Assembly (NCBI RefSeq): GCF_001017655.1
Contig: NZ_CP010904.1
Span: forward strand, 780,001 to 812,000
From: Kiritimatiella glycovorans
Lineage (GTDB): Bacteria; Verrucomicrobiota; Kiritimatiellia; Kiritimatiellales; Kiritimatiellaceae
Reading direction: 5' to 3'
DNA: 32,000 nt
In this document: positions 25,033-32,000 of the stretch, piece after piece
Position numbering within the stretch: position 1 is the first letter of the stretch
How the letters are laid out: each line of letters begins with the position of its first letter
Position numbers and translations under genes: made by a program
Notes under the pieces: model-generated
Database searches by the model: none
What the model saw: the letters and a program-made list of their open reading frames with translations, nothing else
Told to the model about the DNA's origin: nothing

Positions 25033-25056
25033 ATTTCAAGAAAAAACTTGAAATTT
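25033..25056. promoter_or_regulatory. Perfect palindrome AATTTCAAG-AAAAAA-CTTGAAATT in the intI/attI intergenic region
   Basis: Read directly from the sequence. On the + strand it is followed by TTTTCTTTAT. It could be a weak AT-rich terminator or an operator. Confidence 0.25.
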
Positions 25057-25093
25057 TTCTTTATGGATATCATATTGTTTTCATAATAAATGT

Positions 25094-26437
25094 GGTTCTT
25101 TCTCGAATTTTGTGGATGAAAGCGTGAGACATCGCCCCAGATCTGCGCAAATGGTTGTGAACGCAATCATATACAGCAGGAGGAAGCGATGTCTCAGAAG
25201 TCATTGTTCACAGATTTGCTCGGGATTCAAGGATGGGGCGTAGTCGCCGGTGGAATTCGTATCGAGGAAGATGGCAGTGTGACGGTTCGAATCGATCGAC
25301 GCAGTGTTGGTTACAGCTGTGGTCAGTGCGGGGAGGGGCTGTTGTTCACATACGACACGCAGCCACCGCGACGGATCCGGGACTTCCCGATCTGGGGCCG
25401 ACAGTGCTACTTGGAAGTCGAGTTCGTCCGTGTGGATTGCCCTCGTTGCGGCGTGGTCATCGAGGGCTTGGACTGGGTTGAACGGTATGCTCGCCAGACC
25501 GTCCGTTATGAGAAGTACGTGGCAGGCTTGTGCGATCTGCTGCCAGTCAGCGATGTGGCCGCCCTGGAGGGCCTGAGTAAAGATGCCGTTTACCGAATGG
25601 ACAAGAAGTGGCTGCAACGGCGTGATGCCAAGCGAGAGGAGCGCACGGTGCGATATCTGGGGATCGATGAGATCTCGCTGCGCAAGGGGCACCGCTACGC
25701 CACGGTTTTCTATGACTTGGAGCGCAAGGAGGTGATCGGCTTGGTAAAGACACGCAAGGAGCGCGCTGTGGGCGGGTTCTTCCGCTGCTTCGGTCGCAAG
25801 CGCTGCAAGGCTGTCGAGGCCGTGTGCATGGACCTCTGGCAGCCCTTCCTGAACAGCGTCCGACGGCACTGCAAGAACGCCGTCGTTGTCTTCGATAAGT
25901 TCCATGTCTACAAGTACCTCAGTGATGCCATTGAGGCCGTACGTCGCCACGAGCAGTCCATATGCTCTGACGAAGAGGGCAAGCTGATCAAGGGCACGCG
26001 CTGGCTCTGGCTCAGGGCCTCACGCAACCTGAAGCGCAAACACAAACAGACTCTCGAACAGATCATGGCAATCAACCGACAATTACAGAAAGCGTACCTG
26101 CTCAAGGAGGACTTCGAGGCGTTCTACGCGTGCTCGACACGCGAAGAGGCCGAAGCCTTCCTGAAGGGGTGGATCAAGCGGTGTAAGCAGAGCCGGCTGG
26201 AGCCATTCATCAAGCTCGCCAAGCGCCTGGTCCGGTGGTCGCACGGCATCTTCTCCTACTTCGAATATCGCATCACCAACGGCGTGGCCGAGGGCATCAA
26301 CAACAAAATCAAAGTACTCAAACGCAGGAGCTATGGCTTCCACGATGAGCACTACTTCTTCCTCAAAATACTCAATGCAACTGGAGCCCTACCCAGCTTC
26401 GAGCAACTCAGTGACCCACAATTTTAGCGAAAGAACC
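25094..26437 (+). mobile_element. ISL3-family insertion sequence, copy 2 (1344 bp), 8-bp TSD ATAAATGT
   Basis: Same IRs as copy 1. ATAAATGT occurs at 25086-25093 and 26438-26445. It differs from copy 1 at one position that I could see (C at 25148 versus T at 19813). Confidence 0.9.
25189..26427 (+). CDS. ISL3-family transposase (identical protein to 19854..21092)
   Basis: The 412-aa translation is identical, and every shadow ORF in the track is duplicated too. Confidence 0.9.
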   Translation: MSQKSLFTDLLGIQGWGVVAGGIRIEEDGSVTVRIDRRSVGYSCGQCGEGLLFTYDTQPPRRIRDFPIWGRQCYLEVEFVRVDCPRCGVVIEGLDWVERYARQTVRYEKYVAGLCDLLPVSDVAALEGLSKDAVYRMDKKWLQRRDAKREERTVRYLGIDEISLRKGHRYATVFYDLERKEVIGLVKTRKERAVGGFFRCFGRKRCKAVEAVCMDLWQPFLNSVRRHCKNAVVVFDKFHVYKYLSDAIEAVRRHEQSICSDEEGKLIKGTRWLWLRASRNLKRKHKQTLEQIMAINRQLQKAYLLKEDFEAFYACSTREEAEAFLKGWIKRCKQSRLEPFIKLAKRLVRWSHGIFSYFEYRITNGVAEGINNKIKVLKRRSYGFHDEHYFFLKILNATGALPSFEQLSDPQF

Positions 26438-26462
26438 ATAAATGTGAAAGAGGATATCCCAT

Positions 26463-27767
26463 ATGATCACGTTGCCGAAGGCGCTTTTGGATAAATATGA
26501 CGATTGGCTGGAACGGGAGGCGGTTGATGCCAACCGTCATGGCGAGCACCGGAAATGGCTACGCTATTATCTGGATTTCTGCCACAAATACGGGAATGGA
26601 TACCTTGACGAACTGAGCCTTGGTCTATTCGCCGAAAAGCTGCAAGACAAAGGTCAGCGCCCTTTCCAGATCGAGGAAGCGTCACGTGCCGTTCGTTTGT
26701 ATTACCGAATGGCCGGGGAAACGAAAGATGCCCTGCCGACACCTGCCTGCGAACCTGAAAGAATCTCAAAACTGCCTCCGGCCACCATGAAATCTGAAGG
26801 TGCGTCCTGGGTGGGTGAACTGACAAAGCTCAGAGAAGAAATCCGGGTTCGTCATTATTCTGCCAAAACGCTGTCGAGTTATTATGGCTGGGCCAGAAAG
26901 TTCCAGGCTTTTGTCCGGAGCAAGTCTCCCGCATTGCTTGATACCGACGATGTCAAACGGTATTTGACATGGCTGGCGGTGGAAAGGGATGTTGCGGCCT
27001 CAACACAGAATCAGGCATTCAATGCGCTGTTGTTTTTTTATCGACACGTTCTGGGCAAAGAATTCGGCAAAGTTGATGGCGTTGTACGCGCCAAGCGGCG
27101 TAAATACGTGCCGGTAGTGCTGTCCCGGGAGGAGATCGACACAGTTCTAAGTAAACTTGAGCCTCCTTTTGACCTTGTTGTAAAACTGCTTTATGGCTGT
27201 GGCCTCCGGATATCGGAGTGTCTGGATCTTCGAGTGAACGCATTCAACCTTGAGATAGGTGTGCTGACAATTCATGACGGCAAAGGCGGAAAGGACAGAA
27301 CGGTGCCTTTGCCCGAAACCTTGGTTCCGGCTATTCGTTCTCAACTGGAGGTGGTTCGCTCCATTCTTGATCAGGATTTGTCTACGGAAAGCTTCGCCGG
27401 GACGTTTCTGCCACACGCACTGGAACGCAAATATCCAAAAGCTCCGACAGAATTTATCTGGCAGTGGTTTTTCCCGGCCATATTGCTGACAAAAGTTTCA
27501 GGCGCAAATGAGTTCAGACGCTATCATTTGCATGTGTCGCATGTGAACAAAGCCATCAAAGCGGCATCCGATTCCACAACGCTGACAAAGCGCGTGACGG
27601 CGCACACTTTCCGCCACAGCTTCGCCAGTCATCTTCTTCAGGCAAATTACGATATCCGGACGATACAGGAATTACTGGGGCATAGTGATGTGCAGACAAC
27701 AATGATCTACACGCATACGGTCAAAAGTTCGACAAAGAAAGAGCCTCGCAGTCCGTTGGATTTTTGA
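26463..27767 (+). CDS. intI: Integron integrase IntI (tyrosine recombinase) with about 115-aa N-terminal extension
   Basis: Catalytic residues in context: GCGLRISECLDLRV, HTFRHSFASHLL, LLGHSDVQTTMIYTH. The IntI-specific insertion ALERKYPKAPTEFIWQWFFPA...RRYHLHVSHVNKAIK is present. RBS AGAGGA upstream. Confidence 0.9.
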   Translation: MITLPKALLDKYDDWLEREAVDANRHGEHRKWLRYYLDFCHKYGNGYLDELSLGLFAEKLQDKGQRPFQIEEASRAVRLYYRMAGETKDALPTPACEPERISKLPPATMKSEGASWVGELTKLREEIRVRHYSAKTLSSYYGWARKFQAFVRSKSPALLDTDDVKRYLTWLAVERDVAASTQNQAFNALLFFYRHVLGKEFGKVDGVVRAKRRKYVPVVLSREEIDTVLSKLEPPFDLVVKLLYGCGLRISECLDLRVNAFNLEIGVLTIHDGKGGKDRTVPLPETLVPAIRSQLEVVRSILDQDLSTESFAGTFLPHALERKYPKAPTEFIWQWFFPAILLTKVSGANEFRRYHLHVSHVNKAIKAASDSTTLTKRVTAHTFRHSFASHLLQANYDIRTIQELLGHSDVQTTMIYTHTVKSSTKKEPRSPLDF

Positions 27768-27772
27768 ACGCT

Positions 27773-28063
27773 TCAGTCGAGCAGGCGCATCTGGACGTGT
27801 TCGCGGGAGGGAATGCGTAGCGCCAGGCCCGGATCGAGCGCCAATGGAAAAAAGAGGTCGTTGTAGTCGCAGATGATCCACCAGAGCCTGGCGTCACCCA
27901 GATAGCGGTGCGCGAGCAGATCCAGACGGTCGCCCTCGACTACGGTGTGCAGGCGGTCGTCATATCTCGGAGTAGTGTCGATGCGCTGGCGCATGCCGAG
28001 GGAGGTACCGTCGCTGTCCCGGTAGAGAATGCTGCGGGCGTAGCGGGAATCGCGGCCGATCAT
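27773..28063 (-). CDS. LysM-like phage tail protein (tail protein X-like, 96 aa)
   Basis: HTVVEGDRLDLLAHRYLGDARLWWIICDYN...LDPGLALRIP is a LysM-type motif. The ATG overlaps the upstream stop (ATGA at 28060-28063). The longer 384-aa ORF in this frame is a high-GC artefact upstream of this ATG. Confidence 0.65.
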   Translation of the reverse strand: MIGRDSRYARSILYRDSDGTSLGMRQRIDTTPRYDDRLHTVVEGDRLDLLAHRYLGDARLWWIICDYNDLFFPLALDPGLALRIPSREHVQMRLLD

Positions 28064-28530
28064 GAGCGTACCTCCGACCAGTTGATGGAACGGTCCACAT
28101 ATTCTTCGAGGACGATGTCCACCTCGGCCCGTTGCGGCAGCAGGTTGTCCCGGTCGAACAGGCCGAAGAACCGCGCCTTCACCTGCCGGACGATGCAGGT
28201 CACGCCGGGGTAGAGATCGCCGAAAATCAGCAGCACACGGTGCGGTGCGTTCTTGAGCATGGTTCCGGCGTGTTCCGGATATTGCAGCGAGCGGAGCCAG
28301 TCGACCTTCTGTTTGACCGGCCCCTTGAACAGCTCGACCTTGAAGGCGATCCGGCGCGGTTCTCCGGCGACGTACTGGTAGCGCGGGTGGCTCATGCCGG
28401 GGATCTTGATCGTCGCGTAGTCGGTCGACTTCTCGTCGCTGATGGAGTTGGGGTTGTACTGGAATTCGAGCCGCTCCCCCGTGTCGGCGTCCACCAGATA
28501 TCCCTTGATGGGCTGTTGATCCCAGGCCAT
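28060..28530 (-). CDS. Phage/contractile-injection tube-initiator-like protein (CIS_tube N-terminal domain-like)
   Basis: LEFQYNPNSISDEKSTDYATIKIPGMSHPRYQYVAGEPRRIAFKVELF...HRVLLIFGDLYPGVTCIVRQVKARFFGLFDRDNLLPQRAEVDIVLEEY follows the conserved pattern of this family. It sits downstream of a tape measure gene. Confidence 0.6.
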   Translation of the reverse strand: MAWDQQPIKGYLVDADTGERLEFQYNPNSISDEKSTDYATIKIPGMSHPRYQYVAGEPRRIAFKVELFKGPVKQKVDWLRSLQYPEHAGTMLKNAPHRVLLIFGDLYPGVTCIVRQVKARFFGLFDRDNLLPQRAEVDIVLEEYVDRSINWSEVRS

Positions 28531-28533
28531 TGC

Positions 28534-28845
28534 TTACACCTCGGCGATCTCGAGGATCGGCTTGCCCAGTTGATCGGCCCGGTCGAGTTCCCGCCGCATA
28601 CCGCTGGAAATGCCGTTGCCGGTGAACGCCCATACCTCGTCGCAACATTCCATGTAGGCCAGGCCGCAGGCGATGCCCGTCTCCCGCTGCTCGGGAACGC
28701 TGTCGTCGGTGAAGGTCGGATACAGCAGATGCGGCGCGAACGGCGCGTGACCGCTTCTCATGACCCGACGGCAAAGCGCTTCGGCGACCCTGACGTTTCG
28801 GGCTATGTCGCCCGCGAACGGGCTGCAGACAAAGATGCGTTTCAT
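28534..28845 (-). CDS. Nucleoside 2-deoxyribosyltransferase-like small protein (DUF4406/DUF7768-type)
   Basis: MKRIFVCSPFAGD...GHAPFAPHLLYP...CDEVWAF...GISSGMRRELDRADQLGKPI. ATG 28845 is preceded by GAGGACCG. The TTG start at 28857 used by the ORF track is rejected. Confidence 0.55.
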   Translation of the reverse strand: MKRIFVCSPFAGDIARNVRVAEALCRRVMRSGHAPFAPHLLYPTFTDDSVPEQRETGIACGLAYMECCDEVWAFTGNGISSGMRRELDRADQLGKPILEIAEV

Positions 28846-28853
28846 CGGTCCTC

Positions 28854-31800
28854 TCAAAGGGTTTCGTAGTTTCTGATCTTTCGTTCCCGAAGATCCTTGT
28901 AGACGGCCTCGGCCACCTTCCGGCCATCGATGTGGGTGGTCACGCTCAGTTCCACCGGGCGGTCGGCCTGGCCATCGAGGCGAGAGAGCAGCGATTCCAG
29001 CAGCTCACGCAGACCCGGACCGGCTTCCTCTCCGCGCATGGGTGTCGATGGAGCGGTGCGAGCCGGAGCGATCAACCGTTCGGAAGGCACCGTCTCGGCG
29101 AGTCCGGATTGCAGGGGCTTCGCTATCGAAGTCGGAGCGGCCATTATGGGCCGCTCGATCCCGGCCGGAGCCAGAGAGGCGTCTCCCTTTTCCAATGACG
29201 GTTCCACCGCGAACGGATGGATATAGCTCTTACTTACCGGCTCGACGGCCGCCACGACGGTCTGCACGGTGCCGTTCATCGGTTGCGGAGGCGGCGCGGC
29301 CGTGGCCATGACCGGCTGGAGCATCAGCATGGCGCTCAGGGCCTTGGGCACCAGGCGATCGTCCAGACGCGGCACGAGACTCAGCACGCTTTCAATGATG
29401 CGTTGCCCAATCGATTCGGCGGGCGGCGCGGTCCCGAGTGGTTGCTTCCGCTCGGCCACCTGCGGAATCGGGGCCAGAACTCCCAGCATGGCGCGAGCGG
29501 AGGAGAGCAAACTGTTGGTGATCCCGACGCTGCTATCCTTGATCGCCTGAATGCCCGCGCTCGCGCCGCTGGAAAGCCGCTGCCAGAGGGACTGCCCCTC
29601 GGCACCGGCGCTGGTAAAGATTCGGCCCACAGCCCCGGGGACGGCAGATAGAGTGGAAACGATTCGGTCGCGGACATTGACGGCTCCCGTGGCCAGCGCA
29701 TCCCAGGCATTGACCTGGGGCGACGTGATTGCCAGCTCAGGCGTGTCGCCAAACAAAGATTGTTTGAGACCGCCGAAGATGGCACCGGCCTTGGCCGCGA
29801 CGGTTTGAGCCCCGGAGGTCAACCCGTCCCAGAGTTTGCCAGCCATCTGGAAGGGAGCCGAGGCGGCGTTCATGAGGTTGCCACCCGCCGATTTGATCTG
29901 CTGCCAGGCCCCCGCAGCGGCCGAGAGAATCCCGCGAGCGGCGAAGCCGAACACTTTCGCGGGCAGCGACTGGGTAAGGCTCATGCCGTCGGCGAGGGTC
30001 TTGAGCAACGCGGAACCGGAGGCGGTCAGGCTGGCGAGTGGTCCCTCGCGGGCATCGGAGAACGGCAGTAGATTGCGCAGCTTGCCCAGAGCGTTTTTGA
30101 GCATGGTGAAGGGATAGGTCACCGCCGACCAGATCCCTTCGCCCAAGGTGACGAGCAGCTTCTTGCCCGCCTCGAAGAAGGTGGTGTCCCCGGCGAAGAA
30201 GGAACGCACGGTGGCAAACATCTCCCGCAGGGTGCTGATGATCGGCAGATTCAGAATCGCCTGGCCGATCTGTCCGGCGGCGTCGGCCACCAGGCGTCCG
30301 ATGGAGGTGAAGATGCCGGACATGAAATTCCAGACCCCGACCACCACATCCCGCGCCCAGCGGAACGGGGTGGCAAGAAAATCGTAGACCGCGCCGCCAA
30401 TGGCCTTTAGACCGTCCAGCAGGGAGATGTCGCCGGTCAGCACCTGCCAGACCGCATAGACGATCTTCCCGGCGGCCACGAATGCCTCGCCGATCATGCG
30501 CACGGGCAGCAGGAACTTGTAGATGAACTTGGTCGCTCCGATCAGGGACCCGACGAGGATCTTGCCGACCCAGACCACGCTGCGCACCACCACCGCCAGG
30601 GCTCGGACGATGAGCGACAGGTTCCAGGCCACGATCTTCAACGCGAATGCCAGCCCCCGCAGAAGCACACCGGCGACGGTGCCGATAACCGTGCCGAAGG
30701 TACGCCAGGACGACCCGTCGGTGGCGCTGGCCGCCACGCCGAAGATTTCCACCACTGAAAGGACCGCGCTGGCCAGTGCCGCATAGGCGCTCATCAGGGT
30801 GCGGACGGTTGGTTCGAGGATGGCGCGGATGCGGCCAAAGGCATGGGAGAACGCGCCCCACAATCCGGCCAGAGCCTCGCGAACACGGTAATAAGCCTTG
30901 AAGACGGTGACCACGAAACCCAGCAGTCCGGCGGATTCGAGCTTTTGGGCCAGTTCGGCCGACATCTGCCCGCCGCCGCCGCTGAGCGAACCCACCAGCT
31001 CTCTGATCCCCTGGAAGAGCAGCGTGACCTTGTTCCATGCCCCGGTGATGACATCCTGGATGCCGCCGAAGTTGGTTTCCCAGGCGCGTTTGAGCAGATA
31101 CACCGAAAGGATCACGCCCGCGATGATCGCGGTGACGGGCAGAAAATAGGTCGCGACCGCCGAACCCACCCCGGCCAGCGCGGCGCTGATGGCCACGAAC
31201 CCGGCCTTGATGGCGGGAAGCATGAGTCCCACCATGCCCACGGCGGCGGTGACGGCTCCGGCCACGACCAGAATGGTGCCGAAGGCCATGGACAGCCCCA
31301 GGATCACCCGGGTCACGCCCGGCATCGATTTGGCCATGCGCTGCAGGAACAGAATGAAGCGGGAGACCCCGTTGATCACCGGCGTGACCACCGGCAGCAG
31401 AGTGCGGCCCAGGATTTCGCTGAGGTTGGCCATCTGCTGGCGCAGGAGCAGAAACCGGGCTCCGATGTCCTGGTTCATGGCGTCAGCCATCTGTTCGGTG
31501 ACCGCCGTGCCGGTCTTCATGGCCCGGCCCACCGACTGGATATTGCCTTCGAGGCTCTCCATGCCCGCCGACATCTGCAACAGGAACTTGACCGCCTCGT
31601 CGGAGCCGAAGGCCTTCTTCAGCTTCACCTGGGCGGCGGCGTTGGAGAGGTCGGGGAACTGGCGCTTGATCTCCTGCAGGATGGGAACCACGCCCTTGAG
31701 ACGGCCGCTGGTGTCGGTGAAGGACAGCCCCAGCTCGTCCCCGGCCTCGGCCGCCTTCATGATGAACGCCTTGTACAGCGTGCCCGCCTCGGAGCCGGGC

Positions 31801-32000
31801 ATGGTGGTCTGAAGCTGGCCAAGCACGGCGAGCTGCTCGTTCAGGGGAATGTTGCTCGCCGCCGCCACCGCGCCGATGTTCTTGATGGCGTCGGCCATCT
31901 GGGTGCCATTGGTCTTGAACGAGGCCACGGTCTGCGCCATGGCTCCGGAAAAGGCGGTCGCCCATTCCATGTCGTTCATGTCGGCCATGATGGGCTTGAA
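28854..32000 (-). CDS. Phage tail tape measure protein (5' end probably outside the window)
   Basis: TP901-type core (IKNIGAVAAASNIPLNEQLAVLGQLQ..GSEAGTLYKAF...LSFTDTSGRLKGVVPILQEIKRQF), followed by long Ala/Gly-rich helical and TM-like repeats. The frame stays open to nt 32000. Confidence 0.85.
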   Translation of the reverse strand, partial: FKPIMADMNDMEWATAFSGAMAQTVASFKTNGTQMADAIKNIGAVAAASNIPLNEQLAVLGQLQTTMPGSEAGTLYKAFIMKAAEAGDELGLSFTDTSGRLKGVVPILQEIKRQFPDLSNAAAQVKLKKAFGSDEAVKFLLQMSAGMESLEGNIQSVGRAMKTGTAVTEQMADAMNQDIGARFLLLRQQMANLSEILGRTLLPVVTPVINGVSRFILFLQRMAKSMPGVTRVILGLSMAFGTILVVAGAVTAAVGMVGLMLPAIKAGFVAISAALAGVGSAVATYFLPVTAIIAGVILSVYLLKRAWETNFGGIQDVITGAWNKVTLLFQGIRELVGSLSGGGGQMSAELAQKLESAGLLGFVVTVFKAYYRVREALAGLWGAFSHAFGRIRAILEPTVRTLMSAYAALASAVLSVVEIFGVAASATDGSSWRTFGTVIGTVAGVLLRGLAFALKIVAWNLSLIVRALAVVVRSVVWVGKILVGSLIGATKFIYKFLLPVRMIGEAFVAAGKIVYAVWQVLTGDISLLDGLKAIGGAVYDFLATPFRWARDVVVGVWNFMSGIFTSIGRLVADAAGQIGQAILNLPIISTLREMFATVRSFFAGDTTFFEAGKKLLVTLGEGIWSAVTYPFTMLKNALGKLRNLLPFSDAREGPLASLTASGSALLKTLADGMSLTQSLPAKVFGFAARGILSAAAGAWQQIKSAGGNLMNAASAPFQMAGKLWDGLTSGAQTVAAKAGAIFGGLKQSLFGDTPELAITSPQVNAWDALATGAVNVRDRIVSTLSAVPGAVGRIFTSAGAEGQSLWQRLSSGASAGIQAIKDSSVGITNSLLSSARAMLGVLAPIPQVAERKQPLGTAPPAESIGQRIIESVLSLVPRLDDRLVPKALSAMLMLQPVMATAAPPPQPMNGTVQTVVAAVEPVSKSYIHPFAVEPSLEKGDASLAPAGIERPIMAAPTSIAKPLQSGLAETVPSERLIAPARTAPSTPMRGEEAGPGLRELLESLLSRLDGQADRPVELSVTTHIDGRKVAEAVYKDLRERKIRNYETL

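Noticed and set aside
19759-26437. Composite transposon formed by the two ISL3 copies
   Set aside because: Each copy is flanked by its own, different 8-bp duplication (CGAAATCT versus ATAAATGT). The structure therefore arose by two single insertions rather than transposition of a composite unit. It remains only a potential recombination substrate.
28064-31038. Long alternative-frame ORFs in the tail region (upstream part of 27773..28927, 29737..31038, 28132..28869 and others)
   Set aside because: They overlap motif-supported tail genes in other frames or strands and show Arg/Gly/Pro-rich junk composition. Only the last 96 codons of 27773..28927, from ATG 28063, look real (LysM).
1-32000. CRISPR arrays, rRNA genes
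   Set aside because: There are no short regularly spaced direct repeats. The only long repeats are the two IS copies. No rRNA-like conserved stretches were seen.

Overview
The window contains a roughly 23 kb accessory island of mixed, lower GC (about nt 4800-27770). It sits between about 66% GC chromosomal genes on the left (ASPIC/UnbV-type protein, large amidohydrolase) and a high-GC phage tail module on the right (tape measure, tube-initiator-like, LysM). The main structure is an integron. An IntI-type integrase (26463-27767, +) faces an AT-rich attI region. Leftwards on the minus strand lie five cassettes, each ending in a hand-foldable attC hairpin. In all five, the 7-nt R'' box is the exact reverse complement of the GTTNNNN heptamer at that cassette's own 5' end. 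Cassette contents from attI outwards are: (1) two unknown membrane-associated ORFs; (2) an orphan SAM methyltransferase; (3) a small secreted protein; (4) a translationally coupled HEPN-like plus T5orf172(GIY-YIG)-cold-shock-domain pair, my best candidate for an undescribed defence or toxin system; (5) a complete about 5 kb Type III R-M system (mod-res). Beyond the array lies an Mrr-cat/McrB/McrC/(truncated ADP-ribosylglycohydrolase) operon. An IS21-family element with a 6-bp target duplication splits it, and mcrB carries a 3' frameshift. Next comes a coupled three-gene operon (helical unknown / pRiA4b-ORF3-like / RhuM). Two near-identical 1344-bp ISL3-family copies, each with its own 8-bp duplication, hit the tail of cassette 4 and the position 17 bp upstream of the intI start codon. 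I found no rRNA genes, no convincing intact tRNA and no CRISPR array. All domain calls come from motif recognition by eye, not database searches.
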